A DNA stretch of 64,000 bases from Anthoceros angustus (taxonomy: Eukaryota > Plantae > Anthocerotophyta): the NCBI GenBank assembly GCA_010909165.1, contig VJWM01000258.1:124001-188000 (forward strand), written 5' to 3'. Positions 1 through 11,283 of the stretch are shown in pieces; position 1 is the stretch's first letter, and each line of letters begins with the position of its first letter. The position numbers and the translations under genes are program-made. The notes under the pieces were generated by a model that saw nothing but the letters and a program-made list of their open reading frames with translations, was not told the origin of the DNA and searched no databases.

Positions 1-651
1 TGTTGCAATCTTGTTGCAATCTTGAGAGAGGACAAAAGCACCTCTCACTTCATCTCAACATAATTGCAACACCATTGCAACATGGTTGCAACAAACGCTC
101 GGTTTGGTTTCCAAGCCAAAGTGTAACAAGAGGCCCAAAAAGTGTTACATGACCCCAGAATTGCAACATAAGTGTTACATCCAGGGGTCCAAATCTTAAC
201 ATAAAGTGTAACATGGGCTGCCATTTCTAGTAGGGCATGTGGCATGTGGATGGGCATGGACATAAGGATTTGTCCATATATATTAATCATAGAATATTAG
301 GTTAACATACAAAAGGGACAAAGGGATATTCATAGCATAGATATTTAGATATTATCTAGCAGGCTGATATCGAGGTAAAGGAAATATGATAGCGAGATAA
401 AGGGCAGCCATGGCCTATATATGTAGGGCCTGGGGGCCATTTAGAACTTGGATCAGCAGATGTTATCACTGTCTGATAGATTATCTTATTGATAATAAAG
501 GCAGACATACTTGTCCCACATCTTTTCCCCTTTCCTTGCATCTTGTTGGGTGTGTTAGCATCCCGGGTGGCTGGGAGCACTTTTCATTATTCGAGGGATT
601 AGGATTTTACCAACTTCTTCTTTTTTGTTTTGTGGCTTTGGTATTTTACCA

Positions 652-2244
652 ATGGATCTAGAAGCTGCAGCGCCTAGCTCTGAGGAAGTGACGATAGCTG
701 CAGCTGGCAACCCGAGCTCTAAAGGAGCCGCAGCTGCGCAAATTCCCCATCGCCGTCGCGGTCGTCCATTGGGGTGGAGGAAGAAACTTGCACCGGTGGA
801 TTCCAAAGCTAATCCTGGAGTTGCAGGAGCTGGAACAATTGCAGGTGGATCTCAAGGAGAGGCCAGAGCAGCTGTCGAGCAAGAGAAAGAAGTTTCCCTC
901 AAGCGTCGGGGGCGCCCCAACAGATCCAAGAACAAGCCCATCAACTTAGAGGACGGAGGTAAGCCAGATGCTGGGCTTCCCAAAGGATCTAAGGACAAGC
1001 CCGCAGAGGTAGGGGATGTTGCCCACCATGATTTGCAGCATCCCATTCCTGAAGCTGAAGTCGACAATGCCCCGCTTGCTGAAAGTACCGGTCCCGAGGA
1101 GCACAAGCGAAGGAGGAAGAATGAGGAGATGGAGGAAGGTGGCGCTTTGCATGGCCAGGTAAGTCCAAGGAGTATAGAAGCTCCTGGAACCGACAACGAA
1201 GGGGACACATGCGCAATGGAGCATACAGATTATGTTTGGGCAAGGAATGAACTTGCTTGCAGAGAATCGGAGATGTTGAATCGCATAGAATGCTACATGA
1301 TGGGTGATGGTGATTTGGAGCTGAGTGATTTGGAGCCGAAAATTACAGGGCACACGGAGCCAGGGCCAGGTTCTTCGCCTTCTTCTGCAGAGCCGGAGAG
1401 CTTGAGCTTGTGTGAAGGTCTTGATGGTGATGGGAATGTGATTCCCCGCTTCTTGGCATCCACAGGTCCAGAAGGGGATGCGACAGCTTCAGCCAACCCG
1501 AGGAATGCAGAAGCCGCGACTAGTGTGACAATGCCCCGGCGCCGCGGTCGACCCAAAGGGTCTAGGAACAGACCCAAGGCACTAGGGGACCCCGCCAGAG
1601 CCACTGGTGATGTCCAAGGCCAGCATTTGGATATCCCCTTGAAGAAGAGCATCATGAGGGGTATCCCCTTGAAGTGGGCTGATCTGGTTCTTGAAGCTCG
1701 GAAATGTAGTATGCAGGATGGCGTTCAGGGTAATGAGAGGCCATTCAGCAAGCATGCGGCTGTTTTTAACCAACAGGTCATTCAAGAGGATGTCAACTGG
1801 GTTGGGAATGAGGGAATTAATCCTGATCAAGGTCTTCAGGACGAGGATAATCGGAATCAGGATAACCTTGAAGCCGATCTGAATTTAACAACGTCGGTCA
1901 CGGGTTCAGCTGTCAACTTGAATTCCACTGCTGTGCTATTTCTTGAAGCTCGGAACCTTAGGAAACAGGGTGGCGTTCAGGGTTATGAAGGATCATGCGG
2001 GCAGCATGCTGCTGTTCACCTAGAGACCATTCAAGTGGGTGCTCAAGGGGTTGGGAATGAGGGAATGGATCCTAATCAAGCTATTCAGGACGAGGATATT
2101 GAAGACTATTGGAATCCGACAATGTTGCTGAAGGTATTTAGAGCTTCAGGTTGTCCCCCTTTACATATCGAGAATTTCCTTTGTCAAGAATCTTACTTGT
2201 CAGCATGGAACAGGTGTGGCCACCTCGGATGGAGCAGGATTTGA
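652..2244 (+). CDS. AT-hook motif-containing, largely low-complexity protein; possibly TE-borne or truncated
   Basis: Open frame from ATG 652. It has three AT-hook cores (RRRGRPLG, KRRGRPNRSK, RRRGRPKGSRNRPK) and an internal duplication (LEAR..QxGVQG..HAAV..VGNEGxxPxQxxQDED twice). The stop codon lies at the start of the downstream direct repeat. Confidence 0.6.
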   Translation: MDLEAAAPSSEEVTIAAAGNPSSKGAAAAQIPHRRRGRPLGWRKKLAPVDSKANPGVAGAGTIAGGSQGEARAAVEQEKEVSLKRRGRPNRSKNKPINLEDGGKPDAGLPKGSKDKPAEVGDVAHHDLQHPIPEAEVDNAPLAESTGPEEHKRRRKNEEMEEGGALHGQVSPRSIEAPGTDNEGDTCAMEHTDYVWARNELACRESEMLNRIECYMMGDGDLELSDLEPKITGHTEPGPGSSPSSAEPESLSLCEGLDGDGNVIPRFLASTGPEGDATASANPRNAEAATSVTMPRRRGRPKGSRNRPKALGDPARATGDVQGQHLDIPLKKSIMRGIPLKWADLVLEARKCSMQDGVQGNERPFSKHAAVFNQQVIQEDVNWVGNEGINPDQGLQDEDNRNQDNLEADLNLTTSVTGSAVNLNSTAVLFLEARNLRKQGGVQGYEGSCGQHAAVHLETIQVGAQGVGNEGMDPNQAIQDEDIEDYWNPTMLLKVFRASGCPPLHIENFLCQESYLSAWNRCGHLGWSRI

Positions 2245-2975
2245 GCATGGAAAACATTTCTCCAAGGTTATTGAATATGAGTTCTTCAATGCGTTCAATT
2301 AGTTGTGCTGATTCCTTCACACATTCTTGGCAAAACCTTAATTAGTTGTGCTGATTCCTTCACACATTCTTGGCAAAACCTTTTCTGTCTCAAAGCTTAA
2401 TATGTCCTCCCGGTCATTATTCTCCCTGCTATTATCTTGACCATTGTTATTGGCCATGTCAAGGTCATTGGCCATAATGCTTACTCTATATGGTCCGGCT
2501 AGCCTTTTCTTTGCTTAAATCTTGTGTTGCCACGTTTGAGCATGCTAAGTACACTTATAACGAATATATACTTTAAACATATAGTATAGATCCTCTTTGA
2601 GTATCACGCACATGTCCTCATCTTCATAATCGAGCCTACATGGTTGGGTATCCAATAGATCTTTATGTCCTTACTTATAATAAACTCTAAATAATAAAAC
2701 ACTTAAAAAGCTTTTTATATCTAGAAGAATACTCCCACTTTGTGAAGATATTAATTATGATAAAACTTAGGGATATAAAAAATTCGGAGTTAAAAAATAA
2801 AGACTCCAGAGTCATTTTGGTACATCTTTATATAAAAACTCAGGTGCTCCGCATAAGCATTCACCATCACCTGTAATTAACTTTTGACAATGGCCTCGAC
2901 CCGCTGAGGCGAGCTTCTTTCAACCTCCGGTTTCCGTGTCACTCTCTCCCGACTTGAAAATACGCGGCATTGCAT
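2243..2975 (+). repeat. Direct repeat copy A (~730 bp) of 5361-6058
   Basis: Colinear from GAGCATGGAAAACATTTCTCCAAG to GAAAATACGCGGCATTGCATT. This copy also has a local ~43 bp tandem duplication near 2298-2382. Confidence 0.9.
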
Positions 2976-3112
2976 TCCCCTTGCGGCATAATCCCTGTAA
3001 GCATGTCCACTGTCGTCGGCAAACATTGATTGTTATCGGCCTGATTTGCTTGACCTGTGCAATTCTCCCGGCCACCATATTTCTGCCTCTCTAGCCCTAT
3101 GTCCGGTTCTAG

Positions 3113-5346
3113 AAGCGAGTATGGAAAACATGTCTCCAAGGTTATTGAAGAGTATTCCATAATTGAATATGCCGCGGAAGGTTAGTACACTTAGGGCTCT
3201 AGAATTGTTGAATCCTATATGAATGCCCTACATTAAGGTTTACGTAGGGTTTAGGGTGACCTATGCTGAGTGGGTAACTAGGTGCGGGGTGTAGTCTATA
3301 GTGCGGTGCACGGTATATGGAGCGCGGTGCGGTCTGCGGTGGGGCATGTCCTAGGGGTTCAGGGCTTGCTTTGGGCCTCTATGGCTCTGTCGCGCTAAGC
3401 ATGGGGTGTTGGGGTTGATATCGCAGTAGGCATGGGGTGAAGAAAGTCGCAATGAGGACATGATTTTGGGTTTTTGGTGCGGTGGCTGTGGTGGGTGGTG
3501 TGGAGGAGGTCGCGGTTATTTTATTTTTGTTGATTTTTTGAGGTTATGGTTTCTATTGTCGGTAAGCGTAAAACAGTTAAATATGTAGACAACAGGGTAT
3601 CGATATTGGAGACTAGATAGATTAAGTAGTATTGAGGATAAATATGAAGATAACATGGTATCTATGAGAGAGACTAGAGTACATAATATTGAGGTGGAGA
3701 ATATTTCCTTAAAGGAAAAATTTGAGTCTCTTTTGGCTAAGCACCAATCTTTGACGTGGACTCAGAGAGGACGAGGGGGATGAGGAGGGTTAGGAGGACG
3801 AGGAGGATGAGGTCAATTCCATAATAGATTATCTTATAAATAAGAGATTTGATAGTCAAGATGCTATCCTTAGAAAATTGCAACAGGATCTTAATTCGGC
3901 AAGCTCATTGGCTAAAGATTTTGAGGCGTCTTTCCAGGTCAATTTTGATTCATTGCTTTTGCAAGTAAATGCCTTGCAAATTCCTATTCCTTGTGTGGGT
4001 TGCTTGTCGAAGGCAGAATTTGTACCTAGTTTGGAAGGCTATAAGAAGGTTATTCTTGAGTTTATATATGTCTAGAGGGAAGAAATGCATAGTTATATGA
4101 CCAAAAAGTTATAGGGTTTAGACGATCAAGTTGAAAGATTCTCTCGAAAAGGTTGGTGGAGCAAGGGTTACAAAATGAAGTTTTTTCACGGACCATGGAG
4201 AAGAATTTATGGTCCATAAATTCGGAAAATCATTTCACTTCAATGGAACAAGTTTTACCTACATATTTGGGTTACTGAAAAAAACCTCATGGGGGTTAAT
4301 GATCCCCCTACTCCTTCTTGTCATGGTGGCAACACAGTATTAGAAGTTGTTTCTAAAACGGCGGACCGTGCTTTGAACTTAAGAATTTCTGGTCTTGGTA
4401 ATGACATTGTTGCACCACTTATGGCTGCAAAGGAGTTTCTCAATAGGCTAGAGGTCGTTGTGGTCGTTCCTTGAGCCTTCTAGCTTGGAAAGGATCCTAG
4501 AAGAGAGCGCATATTGATTATGACTTTTCACTCTATGGATGATCGTCTTCTGGTTGTGAAGGCTAGGTCTATGTTACGGACGATCATGTCAAGGCATACT
4601 CCACACAACTTCATCAACAACAGCCCTCACCTCCATCTTCCAATCAGCCTGCATCATAGCCTCCGCTCGGCTGGGGCCACCATGATCGATACATCGATTC
4701 TAGGGCGTCACAACACATGACCCTCTCCTAGCTGCATTCATGCATATCACCCAACAAATCCACCTCGATCGTCAGTCTAGGTGGCGACTCAAAACACACT
4801 ATACAAGGACACGAGATCGGTCAACTCCAAAACAAGAATCCACCTTTTGTTTTGGTGACCGCCGTTTCATCATAAAAACCCCACAAGGAACACCTGCCGG
4901 TGGTGGGGGCGATTTCGACTCTAATTTAGGACTTCAAACAAACTTGCCCAACCGGCTGAAGATTGTTATTTGCCCAACCGCTGAAGATTGTTATTTGCCC
5001 AATGAAGATAGTTATTATTTGCCCAACCGCTGAAGATTGTTATTTGCCCAATGAAGATTGTTATTTGCCCAACCGGGCTGAAAGATTGATTGCCTTTGCA
5101 CCAGCAGATTTTCTCATATGGTCTATTATGTTTGCTTCCTCCTAGCTGCCACTATCTGAAAAAATATTGTGCTCATCCTACTTACCCACTCAGCATAGGT
5201 CACCCTAAACCCTACATAAACCTTAATGTAGGGCATTCATATAGGATTCAACAATTCTAGAGCCCTAAGTGTACTAACCTTCCGCGGCATATTCAATTGT
5301 GGAATACTCTTCAGTTACCTTGGAGACATGTTTTCCATACTCGCTT
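3113..5346. mobile_element. ~2.2 kb segment bounded by ~170 bp inverted repeats (3113-3282 / 5177-5346); non-autonomous TIR or fold-back-like element
   Basis: AAGCGAGTATGGAAAACATGTCTCC...GAGTGGGTAA is the near-exact reverse complement of TTACCCACTC...TTTTCCATACTCGCTT. The interior has decayed ORF fragments. No TSD was found. Confidence 0.6.
4944..5088 (+). repeat. Minisatellite, ~21-25 bp unit TTGCCCAA(CCGC)TGAAGATTGTTAT, ~6 copies
   Basis: Directly visible tandem units. Confidence 0.9.
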
Positions 5347-5360
5347 GTGCAATAGAATTC

Positions 5361-6058
5361 GAGCATGGAAAACATTTCTCCAAGTTTATTGAATATGAGT
5401 TCTTCGATGCGTTCAATTAGTTGTGCTGATTCCTTCACACATTCTTGGCAAAACCTTTTATGTCTCAAAGCTTAATGTGTCCTCCCGGTCATTATTCTCC
5501 ATGCTATTGTCTTGTTGTTATTGGCCATAATGCTTACTCTACATGGTCCGGCTAGCCTTTTCTTTGCTTGAATCTGGTGTTGCCACGTTTGAGCATGCTA
5601 AGTACACTTATAACGGATATATACTTTAAACATATAGTATAGATCCTCTTTGAGCATCATGCACATGTCCTCATCTTCATGACTGAGCCTACATGGTTGG
5701 GTATTCGGTAGATCTTTATGTCCTTCCTTATATTAAACTCTAAATAATAAAACAATTAAAAAGATTTTTATATATAGAAGTATAGTCACACTTTGTGAAG
5801 ATATTTATTATGATAAAAATTTAGGATATAAAAAATTCAGAGTTAAAAAATAAAGACTCCTGAGTCATTTTGGTACATCTTTATATATGAACTCCGGTGC
5901 TCCGCATAAGCGTTCACCGCCACCTGTAATTAACTTTTGACAGCGGGCCTCGACCCGTTGAGGCAGAGCTTCTCTTTCGAACCTCCGGTTTCGGCATCCG
6001 GGTCACTCTCTCTCTCCCTCCGATCTCTCCCGACTTGAAAATACGCGGCATTGCATTT
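5361..6058 (+). repeat. Direct repeat copy A' (upstream region of NPSN)
   Basis: Colinear with 2243-2975. Confidence 0.9.
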
Positions 6059-6626
6059 CCTTTCCGGTGGAGCTCGACGCATGGGAGGCGCTTACTGACG
6101 CTGTTTAGGGCCTGTCGCTGCTTTCTTTCCTTCCAGGTTTGTGGCTGCTGTGATTTGTCTTGCCTCCCTCTTGCCAGAATAGGTCTCGGAAGGTGCATGG
6201 TACACTGATCACGGGCACAGCGTCTGCCATGCAGGCTGAGAGCGCGAGCAGGTGATTGTTTGTTTACTGCCAGGCAAGTCTGAGATCGTTTCTGGATGGG
6301 GATGAACCCGCCAGCTTGCAACCACGGTGGCGGAGTTTACAGATTTGGTAATGCTTCACAGAGCGCCGGAGGTGTGCGAAAGTGCATGGTAGCGTAGGCG
6401 CAGGGTCACTGAAATCTTGGCTGTGTGTCGAGAGGTCTTTTGGAAGTAGCGTTGACGGGGAGCAAGAAAATTGGCGGACAGCTAGAGGCATTGTCGAACT
6501 GGCAGTGTTGCTGGGAAGTGCATTTGCCGTTAGGGATGTGTGGGCGGATGACTTGATTTTGAAGATTGCGTGGGAGGTGGCGGTGCTGGAAGGCTGCTGG
6601 GGAGTTCTGTGCGCTTGGGTACCGAG

Positions 6627-6672
6627 GGGTTGGGGTTGGGGTTGGGGTTCGGGGTTCGGGTGGGGTGGGGGC
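6627..6672 (+). promoter_or_regulatory. G-quadruplex-forming (GGGGTT)n tract in the presumptive NPSN 5' leader
   Basis: GGGGTTGGGGTTGGGGTTGGGGTTCGGGGTTCGGGTGGGGTGGGGG lies ~85 nt before the ATG. Confidence 0.55.
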
Positions 6673-6756
6673 TGGGGAGGGTGCTGAGGTCTCACCACGC
6701 TGGATAAGGGGTGGGCGCTTTGTGCGCTTGGACGAGTGGCATCGCCATCTCGGGAG

Positions 6757-9700
6757 ATGGCGGGATTTGAATTAAGTCCGCAGCTGGCGGATCTCGACGG
6801 CCAGCTGACGGACCACTTCCGATTTCTCACGTACGAATCTGCTCTGACCTGAATTTAGTGTGCATGCAGCCACTTTTGGCCACGTAGCCTCTTGAATCTT
6901 GTGTTTTGCTGGATATTGTACTAGAATGCAGTTGATTACGGGGCTGTTCAGCTTAAGTCTCAGCTACATGTTTCTCTCTCAAACCTTGATGAGGAATTTC
7001 TGATACAAGTTTGCATCATTGATGTGTCAGCGCTTGCCTTCATAGAATGGACTGCATCAGTTTTTTTTGGGTCCGTATTTTTGTGGTTCCCTAGGGTTTA
7101 CCCCTTTTCTGTGACATTTGCCAGGACTGGTTTCCAAAAATTGGATAAGATCAAAGATGAGAAGCGACAGAGTAAGCAGCTCGAGGAGCTCACAGCCAAA
7201 ATGCGTGAATGCAAAAGGTATGCTTTTTTGACATCTGGCAGGTCGGATTCCTCGAATTTCGTCCTGGGATGGCCTCTGTACTCGCAGGCTTGAGAGCTTG
7301 GGCTGCCTACTTTCCCGCTAAAGTGCTACTGGTGCTGGATTGTTGTACTCAGGCTCATTAAGGAATTTGATAGAGAGATCAAGGAAGAGGACTCTAAAAA
7401 TACTCCTGAGATGAACAAGCAGCTTAATGAGAAGAAGCAGTCACTTGTGAGTACTGCAGATGGTGTTGCACTTCTTTTATGTCAAGTCTGCTTTGAACGG
7501 TCTCTTCCCTTGTCCCTGCTTTTCTGTAGCATGCATCTATGGTGATCTTTTAATCATACGCTCTTGGTTGCTTGTACAGATCAAAGAGCTCAACTCATTT
7601 GTTGCCCTGAGGAAAACGTACTCTTCTCCCTTATGCCCTGTCTTTTGTTGCCACTGGTCTTATTAATTCAGAATCTTTGGCGGCCCTATCTGAGTCTAGC
7701 AGTGGTCACCCCATCTATGGTGAACTATCTGCCGCGTAGGGCCTAGATGAAAGCTGGCTAGAAGATGATGGTTAGTGATACCTGACTTTCCACCATATAT
7801 GTTAGCGACATTCGGTTAGTGTGACTGTAGTCTTGGACGGCCCTATCTGAGTCTAGCAGTGGTCCCCTTATCCATGGTGGATTATCTGTCGCATGGGGCC
7901 TAGATCAAGGCCTGCCTAGAAGATGATGGTTTGTTTTACCTGACTTTCCTCCATATATGTTAGCAACATTTGGTTCCTGTGACTGTAGTGTTGGACGGCC
8001 CTCTCTGAGTCTAGCAGTGGTCTCCCTATTCACCGTGTATCATTTGCCGCATGGGGCCTGTATCAAGGCCTGCCTAGAGGAAGATTGTTAGTTTTATCTG
8101 ACTTTCCACCATATATGTTAGCAACATTTGGCTCCTGTGATGGTAAGCTTAGACGGCCCTATCTGAGTCTAGCAGTGTTCCCCTTATCTATGGTGGATTT
8201 TCTGCCGCATAGGGCCTATATCAAGGCCTGTTAGAAGATGATGGTTAGTGTTACCTGACTTTCCACCATATACATTGGCTACACATGGTCCATCTGAGTC
8301 CACAGGGGTCCCCTTTTTCTTGTGAACAATCTAGTATTGTTATTGGTACCTGACTTCTCACCAGATACATTGGCTAAACATAGGTTTTGCAAGACTAGTG
8401 AGGCCGTGTATGTGTCTAGCAGAGTCTCCTTATGCATGGTTGATTGCTTCCCGCCTGTAAGGTTTGGAAAACTCTGTTGTCAATTCTTGTCAATTCTTGT
8501 CAATTCTTCTTGTAGCCTAAACTAATTTAGGGCTTTGGTCACTGAGTGGTGTGAGTCATTCCTGACTGTAATATACCAGCTATACTTTACTCTCCATTGT
8601 ACTACGTGGGTGCCGTGCCCGTGGTATGGAGGCTACGAGGGACTGACATGTACTGTTGGCCTTGTCAAAGCTTATGTTCCCGATGACCATGGGATGATGA
8701 GATTATATGCCAGAGATTCTCATGGTCTTATCGGGCTTGGTTGCAGGTATACAAGTACACTGGGAAACAAGAAGGACCAGTTGTTGGAGGGGGGAACGAG
8801 TGGTGAACCTTTGGCTGATCCAAATGTTCGAATGGCTTCGAGTAAGTTGGTCTGCTCCTCCTCTTGGTTGTTTGTGGCGTATCTAGGACTTATCTTTGAC
8901 ACAGTTTGCACGAGGATCATGGTAAGGTGGCTCGCTCATAGATCCTGTTGAATTTGTAGCAATGTCAAATCAGGAATTGATTGATGGTGGGAGAAAGCAG
9001 ATGGATGAGACTGACCAAGCAATTGACCGGGCTAAGAAAGTGAGCAAGTTGTAAGCTGTCGCAAATTCAGTGCATGGTTGGCGCATGTGGGAGAAGCTCA
9101 TCTGAGTCTTTGGGCTTCTCATTTTTTCAGGTTGTTGAGGATACTATCAATGTGGGTGCACAGACGGCAGCGACACTCAAGTCTCAGGTATTTATGGCTT
9201 ACCAGGCATCTGATGCTGAGTTTACTTCCAAAGACCTGGTCCATCTTGATTGCCGATCTACTTGGTTGTGTGGATAGTGAAGTTCTTGCACAGAATTTTA
9301 GCCCCCTCTAATTCACTGTCCGTCTTGACAGACGGAGCAAATGGGAAGGATTGTGAATGAGCTTGATACCATTTCCTTCTCCATAAAGAAGGCCTCACAG
9401 CTTGTGAAGGAGATCGGTAGGCAGGTATATATGCTTTCATAGCTCGGGTCCAGTGCACAAAATCCTCACAGTTGCGAGAATGAGGCAAACAAGGGGAAAC
9501 GTGTTGTGGTGCATGGAGAAATGGCTATAGATTATGGCGGTTGTGCTAATTCTGTTGCAACTGTGGTTACCTTTGAGCAGCTGGCTACCGACAAGTGTAT
9601 TATGCTGTTTCTTTTGCTGATCGTTGCTGGAGTAATCGCCATCATTGTTGTCAAGGTACCCGCGTGCTGTTTGTTGAAGGTTTCTGTGTATTGCATTAGC

Positions 9701-9870
9701 CTTGTTTGTATCGGGGTGTGACCTCATTGTTCGGTATTGCTGATGTGGTGGTTTGGTTGCGATGTCAGATTGTAAATCCCAATAACAAAAACATTCGGTC
9801 ACTTCCGGGTTTGACTCCCCCTGCCAGCAATTCCCGCAAATTATTGTCGGCCTTGCTTGATCTGGAGTGA
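6757..9870 (+). CDS. NPSN: Novel plant SNARE (NPSN11/12/13 family, Qb-SNARE), 10 exons
   Basis: Spliced peptides MAGFELSPQLADLDGQL / GFQKLDKIKDEKRQSKQLEELTAKMRECKR / LIKEFDREIK / IKELNSFVALRK / QMDETDQAIDRAKK / VVEDTINVG / TEQMGRIVNELDTISFSIKKASQLVKEIGRQ / LATDKCIM + TM helix / IVNPNNKNIRSLPGL. Introns are GT-AG. Confidence 0.95.
7682..8286 (+). ncRNA. Candidate tandem array of four box H/ACA snoRNA-like units in NPSN intron 4 (7682-7813, 7839-7971, 7997-8129, 8155-8286), with degenerate copies to ~8465
   Basis: Period is 157-158 bp. Each unit has a GGCCCUAU/RURGGGCC hairpin, then an H box (AGATGA, AGATCA, degenerate GTATCA, ATATCA), a second hairpin (GCUAG/UUAGC base, GUUAG/CUGAC apex), and ACA+3 nt. 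Unit length is ~132 nt. Confidence 0.6.
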
Positions 9871-11283
9871 GCTATGTAGCAGGAGCCAGCGCCTGGTTTG
9901 CTATTGGTTTCCAGAAGTGTCCCCTGGCATGGTTTAGAGGCGTGGGTGCTGACACCAGTTGGCCAAGGAATAAGATGGTGTGCCGCCCTTCCTTCGGCAC
10001 TTCTTCGCCAATTGCAGGAAGAGTAGCATATATGGATTGCATCTGTTGCGGTGGCAAGTGTCGTTGCCCTAGGGTGTACGAGCAGGTGGTGAGTGAGTGA
10101 TTTTGGTCTGACCACTCAAGTTGCAGCGCGCTACAAGATGAGTGGAAGCCTCCCAGCCCTCGCCACCGGCTCTGCATGAAGCGGACGAAGATGAATCCAC
10201 ATTGGTTGTTGTGTTACAATATTTGAGGATCCTGAAGTATCGCTCCTTGCCTTGGGGCTAGAGCGCTGTTGTTAGGGAGGAAGACTAATCCTTGAGGGAT
10301 TCAATTCTTATTGCCAATGAAGGCTAGCCACAATCGCCAGATATGGGTCTCGTGTTTTGAGAGGCCGTGGTGTCGGTGCTGGCTTTTGATTTGAAGTGGC
10401 ATATCATGCGGCAGCGGCAGCAGTAGGAGCAGCAGCAGGAGCAAGGCTGGCCTCTGCCGGATCATTTTATCCGGGCCGGGCCGGGGCCCGACAGCTCGTG
10501 TTAACTTTACTCCTTGCGGTTTGCGCGGCGGGAGTCGCCTGGCGTGTTTCCCTGTTTCCTGGCACGCATTATAGGAAGGTGTGATAGGTTACGTAATGCA
10601 CTCTATTTTTGTGATGATGAATCTCTTGATCAGTGAAATAAGGATCTGGTGAGCAGCCTGTGTTTAAGGCTGACAGCCTCGGAAGGTCGGCCCTCCGCAG
10701 AAGGAGGAAGACGCACATTCTGGAAGGTATGACTTTGACAACCAGGAGAGGGGGTGGTGGCAATTTCTCAAACGCGGCGAGCAAGAGCATTTATGATCCT
10801 TTGCGATAATGCTGCGCTGCCTGCGCAGCATGTTGGGCTGCGCGCCCCAAGTTGCGGTGATTAAACCAGTCGGCTTTGTCGCATCCCAGAGGCGGCTGAC
10901 AGAGGGTGCCTCGTAGGACCAGGCTGCCGCGCTGCCGCTGTTTCATTGCGGCGTGAAGCTTCAACGGTTTGCCTCCCCATTTTCCGATGCGGGAAACGGG
11001 GAGCGGCATTATGGGAAGAAATGAATTCGGCGGCGGTGACGAAGCCTCGCGAGTCCCTCCCCTCTTAATGCCCCCACTGCCGCCGCGGCCCGGTTCAGGC
11101 TTCCCTCCATTTTCTTTGCTTACCTTGGGAAGGCCCCCGCGTGCTCCTGCCATTCTTCACAATTTCTCCCTTCCACCTTCACCTTCCCCTTCCACGGGCC
11201 CGAGTATCTGCCCCCCAGCCCCCTTCCCATGTTGCAGGCCGACGCAAGCGGCTGGTGGCTGCTGCAGGCCCTGGCCGATCGCC

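Noticed and set aside
513-523. USE-like GTCCCACATC (snRNA promoter)
   Set aside because: No properly spaced TATA box or snRNA body follows.
7682-8286. Hammerhead ribozyme or C/D interpretation of the intronic repeat
   Set aside because: It lacks the CUGAnGA/GAAA core, and the ATGATGG..CTGA spacing is too short for a C/D RNA.
10611-10676. Possible C/D snoRNA (RTGATGA...CTGA)
   Set aside because: There is no convincing terminal stem, C'/D' boxes or recognisable rRNA guide.
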